Positions 47,913 through 57,171 of a DNA stretch of 64,000 nt are shown piece by piece. Source of the DNA: Gemmatimonadota bacterium (GTDB lineage Bacteria; JAAXHH01). The stretch lies in NCBI GenBank assembly GCA_009837395.1, contig VXTP01000044.1, positions 17,062 through 81,061 on the forward strand. The letters are read 5' to 3'. A program made the position numbers and the translations under genes. The number at the start of each line of letters is the position of its first letter. Positions within the stretch are counted from its first letter, which is position 1. The notes under the pieces are model-generated. The model was not told the DNA's origin and did not search any database. It worked only from the letters and a program-made list of their open reading frames with translations.

Positions 47913-50900
47913 ATGGCAATCACTAACCAGGAACGCGTCGGCAATGCTCTGAAGTTGCTCCAAAAGGGCTTGGCACCTTTTGTAGTGCGTGAGTTTGAGA
48001 GTTCGCTCGGAGCGCAATGGTTTTCCGAAGCCAGAAGCTATCTAGGTGATGATCGTCTGCGCGATAGCGAGTCAATCGAAGAGTGGGACGTTGCGGCGCT
48101 TCTAAAGCTTATGTGGGAATCCTGGAACGTCGTTTTTCGCCAGACTCTGGGTCGCACTGAGCGTAGTCTGGTCAGTGAGCTACGTGATCAACGAAACCAA
48201 TGGGCGCATCAACGGACGTTCTCAAGCGATGATGCCTACCGGGTGTTAGATTCAGCTGATCGGCTACTGGCTGCCGTATCGGCACCACAAACAGTCGAGC
48301 TAGAGAAGCTCAAGATGGAATTGCTGCGAGTGCGATTCGATGAACAAGCGCGCACAGAGCGCCGCAAGCAGTCCAGTTTGGCCATTGAGAGTGCCACAGT
48401 TACAGATTTGAAGCCATGGCGGGAAGTAGTCACACCACACAAGGATGTCGCAAGTGGGCAGTATCAGCAGGCAGAATTTGCAGCTGATCTGTGGCAAGTG
48501 CACCTGGGTGAAGGTACAAACGAATATAGAGATCCGGTCGAGTTCTTTCGTCGCACATACCTTACGGAGAGTTTGAAAGGCTTGATGACTGGCGCAATTC
48601 AGCGCCTCTCAGGTAAAGGAGGCGACCCGGTCGTCAATCTCCAGACTAACTTCGGAGGTGGCAAGACCCACTCGATGCTGGCGTTGTATCATCTATTTTC
48701 GGGTACAGTTTCTGGGGAACTGGATGAAGTTGGTGAGGTAATGAAGGAAGCTGATGAAGAAGAGCTCGTTAGTGCCCGTCGAGTAGTACTTGTGGGAAAC
48801 AAAATCTCACCCGGAAACCCAACCACGAAATCAGATGGTACGGTCATACGTACACTTTGGGGCGAGTTGGCGTGGCAGTTAGGTGGCAAGCCGGCTTTTG
48901 ATAGGGTCGCAGATGACGACGAAAACGCTACGAATCCTGGAGATGTACTTCGAGAACTCTTCAACGAATATGGTCCATGCCTTGTCCTCATAGATGAATG
49001 GGTTGCCTATGCCCGTCAACTGCATAGTCAAAGTGATCTACCTGCCGGAAGTTTTGAGACTCAATTCACTTTTGCCCAAGCTCTCACGGAATCTGCCAAA
49101 CTCGCGGATAAGTGTCTGCTGGTTATCAGCTTACCGGCGTCGGATACTACAGGATCACCTCACACTACAGCCGACGATACCGAGGTTGGTGGTCAACGCG
49201 GACGGGAAGCCCTGATTCGGCTGCAGAATGTCGTAGGGCGGATTGCATCGTCCTGGCGACCGGCCAGTGCCGAGGAGAGTTTTGAGATTGTTCGCCGACG
49301 GCTTTTCGAACCGTTCTCGGAGCCAGTTCAGTTCAGGGATCGGGATGTAATTGCCCGAGCGTTTGCAGATCTCTATCGAACTCAGCACCAGGAGTTTCCT
49401 CCCGAATGTCGAAACGCAGACTACGAGAAGCGAATCAAGGCGGCCTATCCAATCCATCCGGAGATTTTTGATCGCCTTTACACGGATTGGTCCACTCTGG
49501 TGAAGTTCCAGCGCACCCGTGGTGTCTTGCGATTGATGGCAGCAGTCATTCACAGTCTGTGGGAGAAAGGGGACCGTAATCCGCTGATTCTGCCAGCTAA
49601 CATCGCGATTGACGATCGGTATGTACAATTCGAACTGACCCGGTATCTCACGGACAACTGGGTACCAGTTATTGAGAAGGACGTAGATGGCCCTGGGTCG
49701 CTTCCTGTCCAACTTGACGGCCAAGTCACTAACCTTGGCAAATTCAGTGCTTCCAGACGGGTTGCTCGTACAATCTACCTCGGATCCGCCCCCACAGCCG
49801 ATGCATCACATCGAGGTCTTGAGGACCGGCGTGTCAAGCTTGGTTGTGTGATGCCTGGGGAGTCTTCAGCAGTATTCGGTGATGCGCTGAGACGGCTTGC
49901 AGGAGCGGCGACCTATCTTTATCAGGACGGTCCCCGGTATTGGTACTCTACACAACCAACCGTCACGAAACTTGCAGAAGATCGCGCCGAACAATTGAAG
50001 CGACATCCCGAAATGGTTGCTGAAGAACTCGGTTCACGCCTTCGATCCGATCTCCGTAATGCGGGAGACTTCAGTCGTGTACATCCTCTCCCTGAATCTG
50101 GTCAAGATGTCCCTGATGATAGGGATGCTCGATTGGTAGTGCTAGGTATTGCCCAAGCCTACAGCAAGGAAACAGAAAACCTCGCAGAAACAACCGCGAA
50201 CGCAATATTGGAATCGAGAGGTAGCACACCTCGGGTTTTTCGAAATTCGCTCGTTTTTCTTGCCGCGGACAACATCAGGTTGCAGGATCTCGATGAAGCA
50301 GTTCGGCAGTATTTAGCTTGGAAATCGATTCTTACAGAACGCGAGCAGCACAATCTTTCATCGCATCAGGTCAAACAGGCCGAGACTCAAAAAGAAGCAG
50401 CATCCGACGCGATTACTGCCCGACTTCCAGAGACGTACCAGTGGCTTTTGGTTCCTGTGCAGTTGCGCCCTGACGCCACGATCGAATGGCAGGCCATGCG
50501 ACTGTCAGGAAGGGATTCGTTGGCTGTAAGAGCAAGCAATAAACTGAAAGCCGATGAGTTGTTGATAAGCAGTTTTGCCTCAACAAGACTTCGGATGGAG
50601 CTTGATCGTGTGCCCCTCTGGCGCGGCGACCGTGTGTCGATCAAACAGGTCATAGATGATTTTGCCAAGTATCTTTATCTGCCCCGAGTCAGGGATTCTA
50701 GCGTACTATTGAATTCGATTGCCGACGGAATCGCTTTGCTCACTTGGGAGCAGGATTCGTATGCTATTGCGGACAGTTACGACGATGTAGCGAAGAGGTT
50801 TCGGGGCCTGCGTGGTGGACAAGCGGTTACGTTATCGGACGTTGACATACAAGGGTTGCTCGTTAAACCCGAAACTGCACGTATTCAACTCGATGCTGAG

Positions 50901-51254
50901 AGTAAGTCGACCACCGGAAGCGGAGAAGATACTGAGAAGGAAACCAATGGAGAAAGCCCAAGCACTGGAGAGGATTCGAGCACAGGAGAAGATCCGAAAG
51001 AGACTCCATCAGCAACACAGCCTAAGCGATTCCACGGGACCGTTGCCCTTGATTCAGCACGTGTGGGAAGGGACGCAAGCCAGATTGCTGACGAGGTCAT
51101 TTCACATCTTTCAAGCCTGGTTGGAGCCACGGTCACGGTAACCCTCGAAATCTCAGCGGAAGTACCGGAAGGCGCACCTGAACATGTCGTTCGTACGGTC
51201 ACTGAAAACAGTCGGACGCTTAAGTTTACCAATCAAGATTTCGAAATGGAATAG
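47913..51254 (+). CDS. DUF499 AAA+ ATPase with N-terminal Swt1-like HEPN domain
   Basis: RNQWAH (Rx4H), PWREVVTPH, EFAADL, TNFGGGKTH, LIDE, FQRTRGVLR. Confidence 0.93.
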   Translation: MAITNQERVGNALKLLQKGLAPFVVREFESSLGAQWFSEARSYLGDDRLRDSESIEEWDVAALLKLMWESWNVVFRQTLGRTERSLVSELRDQRNQWAHQRTFSSDDAYRVLDSADRLLAAVSAPQTVELEKLKMELLRVRFDEQARTERRKQSSLAIESATVTDLKPWREVVTPHKDVASGQYQQAEFAADLWQVHLGEGTNEYRDPVEFFRRTYLTESLKGLMTGAIQRLSGKGGDPVVNLQTNFGGGKTHSMLALYHLFSGTVSGELDEVGEVMKEADEEELVSARRVVLVGNKISPGNPTTKSDGTVIRTLWGELAWQLGGKPAFDRVADDDENATNPGDVLRELFNEYGPCLVLIDEWVAYARQLHSQSDLPAGSFETQFTFAQALTESAKLADKCLLVISLPASDTTGSPHTTADDTEVGGQRGREALIRLQNVVGRIASSWRPASAEESFEIVRRRLFEPFSEPVQFRDRDVIARAFADLYRTQHQEFPPECRNADYEKRIKAAYPIHPEIFDRLYTDWSTLVKFQRTRGVLRLMAAVIHSLWEKGDRNPLILPANIAIDDRYVQFELTRYLTDNWVPVIEKDVDGPGSLPVQLDGQVTNLGKFSASRRVARTIYLGSAPTADASHRGLEDRRVKLGCVMPGESSAVFGDALRRLAGAATYLYQDGPRYWYSTQPTVTKLAEDRAEQLKRHPEMVAEELGSRLRSDLRNAGDFSRVHPLPESGQDVPDDRDARLVVLGIAQAYSKETENLAETTANAILESRGSTPRVFRNSLVFLAADNIRLQDLDEAVRQYLAWKSILTEREQHNLSSHQVKQAETQKEAASDAITARLPETYQWLLVPVQLRPDATIEWQAMRLSGRDSLAVRASNKLKADELLISSFASTRLRMELDRVPLWRGDRVSIKQVIDDFAKYLYLPRVRDSSVLLNSIADGIALLTWEQDSYAIADSYDDVAKRFRGLRGGQAVTLSDVDIQGLLVKPETARIQLDAESKSTTGSGEDTEKETNGESPSTGEDSSTGEDPKETPSATQPKRFHGTVALDSARVGRDASQIADEVISHLSSLVGATVTVTLEISAEVPEGAPEHVVRTVTENSRTLKFTNQDFEME

Positions 51255-51292
51255 GATCAACTTTAGATCAATACAAGGAAGGCTTTCCACAA

Positions 51293-53278
51293 GTGAAAAT
51301 TTCCACCATTCTCGACCACATTGACAGCGGTCATGTCGCATTACCTGAGTTTCAACGCGGCTACGTTTGGAATCGTGACCAAGTCCGTGGACTATTTGAC
51401 TCCCTCTATCGTCGCCATCCAGTAGGCGGATTGCTTGTGTGGGTAACCGCATCGGAGGGTGCCGACCACCGTGGTGATGGCCAACTCGCACCGGGTGTGG
51501 TAAAGCTCCTTCTGGATGGACAGCAGCGCATGACCTCGCTTTATGGCGTAGTACGTGGCCACGCCCCAAAGTTCTTCGACGGAAACGAGAGGACATTCAC
51601 CGGCCTTTACTTTCATCTGGAAGAAGAGAGCTTTTCCTTCTATCAGCCTATGAAAATGGCAGATGACACGTTGTGGATCGACGTATCCGAACTTATGGCA
51701 ATAGGTAATGCGGGAATGGGGGCATACATCACCCGGCTGTCAGCTCATCCAGAGCATTCGCAGCGTGTGGGTGACTATGTGTCACGTCTTTCGCAGCTTA
51801 TATCAATCATCGATATCGAACTACACATTGACGAGGTTACCGGCTCAGACAAATCACTGGATGTCGTCGTTGATATCTTTAACCGGGTCAACAGTGGTGG
51901 AACTAAGTTGTCGAAGGGTGACCTAGCCCTGGCCAAGATCTGTGCTGAATGGCCGGAGGCTCGCGGAGAGATGAAAAGTCGTATAAAGACCTGGCATGAT
52001 GCAGGTTACGATTTCGATCTAGACTGGCTACTGAGGTCGGTGAATACCGTGGTCACGGGAGAAGCCAGATTCATCTACCTACATGACAGAGGCACACAGG
52101 AGATCAAAGACGGCCTTTCCCGAGCTACCAAGAACATAAACAAGGCGCTCAACATGATAAGCGGGCGACTTGGCCTAGACCATGATCGTGTGTTATTTGG
52201 TCGTTACGCTATTCCCGTGATGGCCCGGTACCTTGATCAGCGTAGCGAACCCTTGAATGAGTTCGAGCGTGACAAACTACTGTTCTGGTATCTACAATCG
52301 GGCATGTGGGGGAGATTTTCGGGTTCGACAGAGTCCTTTATAGATCAGGACCTGTCCGCTATTGAGCAGATTCCAGGCGGGTTGGACAGGCTGTTAGAGC
52401 AACTTCGAGTTTGGCACGGTAGTCTAGATGTCGAGCCGGCACATTTTGACAGTTGGAGTCTCGGAGCGCGGTTTTATCCTGTGCTTTATATGCTAACTCG
52501 CATGGGTGAGTCCAAGGACTGGGGCACAGGTTTACCGCTTAAGGCGGGATTGTTGGGGCAAATGAATACCTTGGAAGTGCATCATATCTTCCCCAAATCG
52601 AAACTCTATAGTGCTAATTTCTCACGAGCCGAAGTCAATGCACTGGCCAATTTCTGCTTCCTGACCAAAGATACAAACCTCGCTATAAGCAACCGTTTAC
52701 CGGAACGTTATTTCCCAGAAGTCGAGGCAGCACAATCAGGATCTCTCGAATCGCAGTGGATCCCGTCAGATCCACATCTTTGGAAAGTTGAGAACTACCT
52801 CGATTTTCTTGAAGCTAGAAAGGATTTGCTAGCGCAAGAGACGAATCGTAGACTCGCAGATCTGCTTCATGGAGATCGCCGCTGGCTGGAAGGACGGCGT
52901 AAGGTGGACAGCAGACCGGCACCCGATAGCCAAATTAAAGTGCTCGGAGGTATTTCCGATGATGTAGAGGAGAGAGTACTGGAAGATCTCCAGCGGTGGG
53001 TTGAAGAGCAAGGGCTGCCGCGAGGCAATCTAGCATACGACTTTGCTGATGAGTTAACCGGTGAACAGAAAGCAGTATTCGATCTTGCGTGGCCCCAAGG
53101 TATACAGCAGGAATTGAGCCAGCCGGTGGCCGTACTTCTAAACGAGTCTATGGAAGTTGTCATTCTCGCTAGCAGTGCGGGTTACCGATGCTTCACAGAA
53201 ACCACGGATTTCAAGAGATACGTGGAAGCCGAGGTCCTGTCACAGGCGCAGCCAGTATATGAAGTTGGCCCGGTCTAG
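51293..53278 (+). CDS. GmrSD-like DUF262 + HNH (DUF1524-like) protein, putative type IV restriction endonuclease
   Basis: PEFQRGYVW, DGQQR, FNRVNSGG; EVHHIFP...LANFCFL...N; extra C-terminal domain. Confidence 0.88.
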   Translation: MKISTILDHIDSGHVALPEFQRGYVWNRDQVRGLFDSLYRRHPVGGLLVWVTASEGADHRGDGQLAPGVVKLLLDGQQRMTSLYGVVRGHAPKFFDGNERTFTGLYFHLEEESFSFYQPMKMADDTLWIDVSELMAIGNAGMGAYITRLSAHPEHSQRVGDYVSRLSQLISIIDIELHIDEVTGSDKSLDVVVDIFNRVNSGGTKLSKGDLALAKICAEWPEARGEMKSRIKTWHDAGYDFDLDWLLRSVNTVVTGEARFIYLHDRGTQEIKDGLSRATKNINKALNMISGRLGLDHDRVLFGRYAIPVMARYLDQRSEPLNEFERDKLLFWYLQSGMWGRFSGSTESFIDQDLSAIEQIPGGLDRLLEQLRVWHGSLDVEPAHFDSWSLGARFYPVLYMLTRMGESKDWGTGLPLKAGLLGQMNTLEVHHIFPKSKLYSANFSRAEVNALANFCFLTKDTNLAISNRLPERYFPEVEAAQSGSLESQWIPSDPHLWKVENYLDFLEARKDLLAQETNRRLADLLHGDRRWLEGRRKVDSRPAPDSQIKVLGGISDDVEERVLEDLQRWVEEQGLPRGNLAYDFADELTGEQKAVFDLAWPQGIQQELSQPVAVLLNESMEVVILASSAGYRCFTETTDFKRYVEAEVLSQAQPVYEVGPV

Positions 53279-53322
53279 TGGGCGTAGGCGTCCTTGTGGA
53301 ATCAGTCTACTGTGTGAATTTA

Positions 53323-53433
53323 TCAAGGCAATTGATAGGGGATCGTCATCACGACCGGACCACCAGTCTTGAAGTCTCGCGTGTTTCGAGTGAACGAAAA
53401 CGGTCCTACCTTAGAAAGTATGTCCGCCCTCAT
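53323..53433 (-). pseudogene. Collapsed PIN/VapC toxin remnant
   Basis: MRADILSKVGPFSFTRNTRDFKTGGPVVMTIPYQLP*: the TRNTRDF...IPY C-terminus is typical of PIN toxins; ATGA overlap with the upstream antitoxin. Confidence 0.7.
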
Positions 53434-53678
53434 TGCCATTCCTTGCGGATTCGCACCTGGTACTCGAGGCCGTCGCCTGACCGCCAGATGCCTGACGTCT
53501 GTTCTAGTGCCTGATGCAGTGAAACATCAGAGCCCCGCCTCTCCTTAACCTGGTATTCGCTGACTGCCTGACGAATCAACGAGGCCCTGGAGACACGTCG
53601 CTGTGCGGCCTTGCTGTCCAGCCACGCCTTCTGCTTGGCTTCCAGGTTGATTACTGTTCTAACTAGTCTTTTGCTCAT
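53430..53678 (-). CDS. CopG/ribbon-helix-helix antitoxin
   Basis: RTVINL...VSRASLIRQAVSEY...GIW...YQVRIRKEW; GAGG RBS. Confidence 0.85.
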   Translation of the reverse strand: MSKRLVRTVINLEAKQKAWLDSKAAQRRVSRASLIRQAVSEYQVKERRGSDVSLHQALEQTSGIWRSGDGLEYQVRIRKEWQ

Positions 53679-53843
53679 GGATACCTCTTTGGCAGTGTTT
53701 GGAGTATGTCTACAATCAAATAACCTTCAAACGGACACTCCATGTAAGTAAATGCCATAATCGTGGATCGCGTTCGGAATCATGATGTACACACAATCGG
53801 TACGGCACATACGCCAAATATGCCACAATTAACTCATCAACCA

Positions 53844-54046
53844 CTACAGATTCTGCTCGCAATCGATTAGGTCCGCCCGGCTCGCACGATACCCCCGGCC
53901 AGCCAACGTCCACACCGTTTCCGCGAGTACCACGTCCGTAATGAGCACGCGCTCGCTGCCTTCAATCACGCGACGCGCACGTTCAGTCTGCCCTCGTCGT
54001 CTCTCAGAAGATAGCGCAGCAGGAAATTGGTGCCGATTGCAATCAA
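53844..54046 (-). pseudogene. Frameshifted, truncated VapC/PIN toxin
   Basis: MIAIGTNFLLRYLLRDDE then, after a frameshift near 53990, QTERARRVIEGSERVLITDVVLAETVWTL...; TTGA overlap with the antitoxin. Confidence 0.85.
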
Positions 54047-54279
54047 GGCGTCTGGTCCCGCTTTCCTTCTATCGCGTACTGACGCGATTCCTCATCTGAA
54101 ATCTTAGGATCGTCTACGAGATGCGTCAGGCATCCCCAGGCGCTGCCGGGCTCTTGGCGGACTATGGTAATTCGTCCGTCGGCCACGAAGCTCAGACACT
54201 CGTCGCCTGGCTTGATGCCGACTAAACGGCACTGATCCGCCGGAAGCGTGATCTGTCGCTTGGCGCTGACTTTAGGCAC
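54043..54279 (-). CDS. AbrB/MazE/SpoVT-family antitoxin
   Basis: KVSAKRQITLP...GIKPGD. Confidence 0.88.
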   Translation of the reverse strand: MPKVSAKRQITLPADQCRLVGIKPGDECLSFVADGRITIVRQEPGSAWGCLTHLVDDPKISDEESRQYAIEGKRDQTP

Positions 54280-54466
54280 GTTACGCTCCAGTGATGTAGA
54301 TCGGTTAATAGACTATCAGAAAGAATAAACACGAGATAACCTGTTTTCACTATGACCATTTACTATAGAGGATTCGAGTTTAAGCGTGTATCGCGCCGCC
54401 GATCTTCCGGTGTGGACGTCCATTTGAGTTAGCCTTTGTAACTCAAACTTGTAAAGGTCATGAAAC

Positions 54467-54718
54467 ATGAACACAGGTAATTCACGAGATACAGAAAAGC
54501 TCTTGGATGAAGTATTCTTCAAAGACGAGAATATAAAGAGCAGGTTATTCGGTCTTGAAAGAACCGAAGTCAGCATATACAAACTGATCGACCATTCCTA
54601 CAAGAGGATGTCGGAGTTTGATGCCGAGTTCCGATTTCTGCGGAGGGTAGTCTATGGACTGGGCACTGCGATAATTGGCGGGTTGTTAACCATCATATTC
54701 CAACTATGGCGGGGTTGA
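54467..54718 (+). CDS. Small hypothetical protein, coiled coil + C-terminal TM helix
   Basis: RLFGLE...EFRFLRRVVYGLGTAIIGGLLTIIFQLW. Confidence 0.6.
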   Translation: MNTGNSRDTEKLLDEVFFKDENIKSRLFGLERTEVSIYKLIDHSYKRMSEFDAEFRFLRRVVYGLGTAIIGGLLTIIFQLWRG

Positions 54719-54731
54719 AAGGGATCTTCTT

Positions 54732-54914
54732 ATGGTAGACGATAAAGGTCGGCTAATCGACCCACGAAAGGCCGAAATACTGAAAAGCAAAATACTGGAT
54801 TTGTTAACCGACGAAGAGATCGAGGTGCTTGGTATTGAGGTCGAGATCAGGTTGAAAAACGGATATCAGGACAAAGTCTGGTACGCCTGGAAAAATCCTC
54901 TTCCTTCTGCGTGA
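54732..54914 (+). CDS. Small hypothetical protein
   Basis: AAAGGGA RBS-like element; follows the previous ORF by 13 nt. Confidence 0.5.
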   Translation: MVDDKGRLIDPRKAEILKSKILDLLTDEEIEVLGIEVEIRLKNGYQDKVWYAWKNPLPSA

Positions 54915-54986
54915 CCGCCCGTGCCGGTGACGCCCGTGCGGCGCAGTCTGCATCTTCTTGAGAATCAGGCTCGCTCGTTCTGTATC

Positions 54987-55457
54987 TCACTCCGACGCAT
55001 TACTCGTGCTGTCCAACTTGTCCAGCGCTTCCTCAAGTGCGGCGGCCAGGACCCTGGGCTCGTCCGTCCCGATGCGGCAGGTCTTGCCGTTCTTCATCTT
55101 CAGTTCCACAGCCTCCAGTCCCGATACGTTGTATAGCCAGCCTCGCGGCGTAAGCCGGATCCCCCAACCATAGAGCCAGGAGTTTCTGACCGACTGGCAG
55201 GACTCGATCTGATCTAGGGGGAACCGCTTCCGGATCAGGCCGATGCCGAAACTGATGCGTAGGTCCCGGCCATCGATTGTGACGGTCAGGCTGTGGAACA
55301 GTGCCAGGACACCGAGCAGGAAAACCAATATCATCCCCGCGAGGGGTGCCGCTCCGGCCAGCCACGCGGGCAGAATGACCAGCGGCAGGATGGCGACTAT
55401 TATGACGACGTTGACCGTGCCGAACTGGGTGTGGCGATAGGTATACACTACGATCAC
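54987..55457 (-). CDS. Hypothetical membrane protein with PH-like C-terminal domain
   Basis: YRHTQ, two TM helices, GWGIR, YNVSG, IGTDEP; start overlaps the upstream stop. Confidence 0.8.
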   Translation of the reverse strand: MIVVYTYRHTQFGTVNVVIIVAILPLVILPAWLAGAAPLAGMILVFLLGVLALFHSLTVTIDGRDLRISFGIGLIRKRFPLDQIESCQSVRNSWLYGWGIRLTPRGWLYNVSGLEAVELKMKNGKTCRIGTDEPRVLAAALEEALDKLDSTSNASE

Positions 55458-56212
55458 ATCTCCGCCGTTCCCACGACCGTATCCGAGAACACCACGTGCC
55501 CCCACATCTCGGGGACGTGCATGTTGATCACGCCCTGCGGCGACCAGACCCAGTTGTCGCAGGGCACGCCTTCTTTCCGCAGATAGCCGTCCTTGTAGCG
55601 CTCGAACTCCCACTCGACCCGCGAGAAGTTGACCCGCCAGCTGTCCCCGGCTTTCGGAGGGCAGTCCACCCCGGCGTACTCGGCCATGCTGGTCCAGGGG
55701 AAAGCGATCTCGGTGGACCAGCCGCGGTCCACGTCGTGGGAACAGTTGACGGTGCCGTCGATGTGGACGGCGTGGCGCACGCCCTCGAAGTCCCAGTCGT
55801 GGTCGGCTTTCCCGCCCTTGTTGTAGGGCTTGGGCAGGTACAGATCCCACACGGCGTTCAGGGGGTTGATCTCGAACTCCATGTAGTGGTTGGTGTCGCC
55901 GTCGGGATCGATGAACACCTCGAAATCGTTGTCGTGGCAGATGATGGAATCGCGTTTGGTCAGCGTGCCCCAGACATCCGGCTCTTCCATGTCGGCCGCC
56001 ACGTAGAAGTACTCGTCGTCCCACAGCATCATGGCGCGCGTGCCGAAGCGCGGGATGGGCTTGAGGTCACCCTCGATATCGACGAAGAGGTCCGTGCGAG
56101 GCGCCCGGATCCAGGACGGGTCGCTCAGCTTTCCGTCGATCGTGATGGGGCCGCAGGCACGGTAACAGGTGTAGGTCTTGGGGACGATATTCTGCGATGG
56201 TGCATCAGACAT
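55454..56212 (-). CDS. Carbohydrate-binding family 9-like protein
   Basis: ITIDGKL, FVDIEG, DNDFEVFIDP, EFEINPL, WRVNFSRVEW, HVPEMWG. Confidence 0.88.
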   Translation of the reverse strand: MSDAPSQNIVPKTYTCYRACGPITIDGKLSDPSWIRAPRTDLFVDIEGDLKPIPRFGTRAMMLWDDEYFYVAADMEEPDVWGTLTKRDSIICHDNDFEVFIDPDGDTNHYMEFEINPLNAVWDLYLPKPYNKGGKADHDWDFEGVRHAVHIDGTVNCSHDVDRGWSTEIAFPWTSMAEYAGVDCPPKAGDSWRVNFSRVEWEFERYKDGYLRKEGVPCDNWVWSPQGVINMHVPEMWGHVVFSDTVVGTAEM

Positions 56213-56304
56213 GATGGTTCTTTCTTTTGGTGATGAAGGTGGTCAAAAAGTTGCGAACTGGACAATGGGCAGCCGGTTCGAGGCCGTGGGTTCAAGTCCG
56301 TGGC

Positions 56305-57039
56305 TCACGCCCGCATTCCCGACTGCGAATCGAATCCCAACAGACGCTTCAAGGTCGGTGTCGCCCGCTCGACGACCTCGGGGCTTGCCAGCCTGAACTG
56401 GTCCTGCTGCGGTTTCATGAACGAGCGGCAGAAGAACCCCAGCAGGATCATCCGCTCCTCCCGGGTTCGATTAGCGCCGCTGCTGTGCCAGGTCGCGCCG
56501 TGGATGATGACGATATCACCCCTGCGGGCGTCCAGCTGGATGACGTCGTCGTACGCCGCCTCCGGATCGGGGGTGTGGCTGCGCTTGTAGCTGCCCGGAA
56601 CGATTCGCGTGGCGCCGTTCTCCGGCGTAAAGTCGTCGAGTACGAAGATCGTGTTGGAACAGAAGGCGAAGGGTGGAGGCGGTTGCGGGAAACGGCCCAG
56701 CGGAAAGTCGACGTGCAGGCCGCCGGCCGGTGCGCCGGGGCCGATGAGATTTACGGTAAAGCTGCTTAAGATACAGTCGTCGCCCAGCAGGTGTTCGTGG
56801 AGCGCAAGTACCTGGGGCAGCTGGATCATTTCCTCGTAGATGCGGCCCTTGTTGACCAGGTTCCACACCCGCTGCGCCTGCCCTTCGAAGTAGACGTGTT
56901 CTCCGCTGCCGGCCTTTTCCTGCGCGGCCAGCTCGGCCGAGCGATCGCGCAGGGCATTGGCCTGCTCCGGGGTCAGCGCCTCTTTGAGCACGACGTAACC
57001 GTGTTCGTCGAGATGGGCTTTGGCGTCCTCCAGCTTCAT
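56305..57039 (-). CDS. Phytanoyl-CoA dioxygenase (PhyH) family protein
   Basis: LDEHGYVV, LHVD, NGATRIVPGS, WHSSGAN. Confidence 0.92.
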   Translation of the reverse strand: MKLEDAKAHLDEHGYVVLKEALTPEQANALRDRSAELAAQEKAGSGEHVYFEGQAQRVWNLVNKGRIYEEMIQLPQVLALHEHLLGDDCILSSFTVNLIGPGAPAGGLHVDFPLGRFPQPPPPFAFCSNTIFVLDDFTPENGATRIVPGSYKRSHTPDPEAAYDDVIQLDARRGDIVIIHGATWHSSGANRTREERMILLGFFCRSFMKPQQDQFRLASPEVVERATPTLKRLLGFDSQSGMRA

Positions 57040-57171
57040 CCGGGATGCTCCTCCGGGTCCATCGGCGATGCCGCGAGCGGCCGCGTGCAATTCCCTAGCA
57101 GTGCTCCGCTCGGTCGCCCGCGATACCTTCGCAATGCCCCGAACGACCTCGAACGGCCTGGTCGGTATCCC

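Larger units (their letters stand above)
38990..54914. mobile_element. Lower-GC defence island (no integrase or att sites recognised)
   Basis: Abrupt switch to A/T-richer codon usage after xth, reverting near 54.9 kb; content is defence and toxin-antitoxin genes. Boundaries approximate. Confidence 0.7.

Noticed and set aside
38920-54990. att-like direct repeat bounding the defence island (xth 3' end)
   Set aside because: I could not find a second copy of the xth end or any direct repeat at the right boundary by eye.
56275-56303. tRNA-like GGTTCAAGTCC / GGTTCGAGGCC motifs
   Set aside because: The T-stem does not pair and there is no cloverleaf; explained by a 14-bp tandem duplication.
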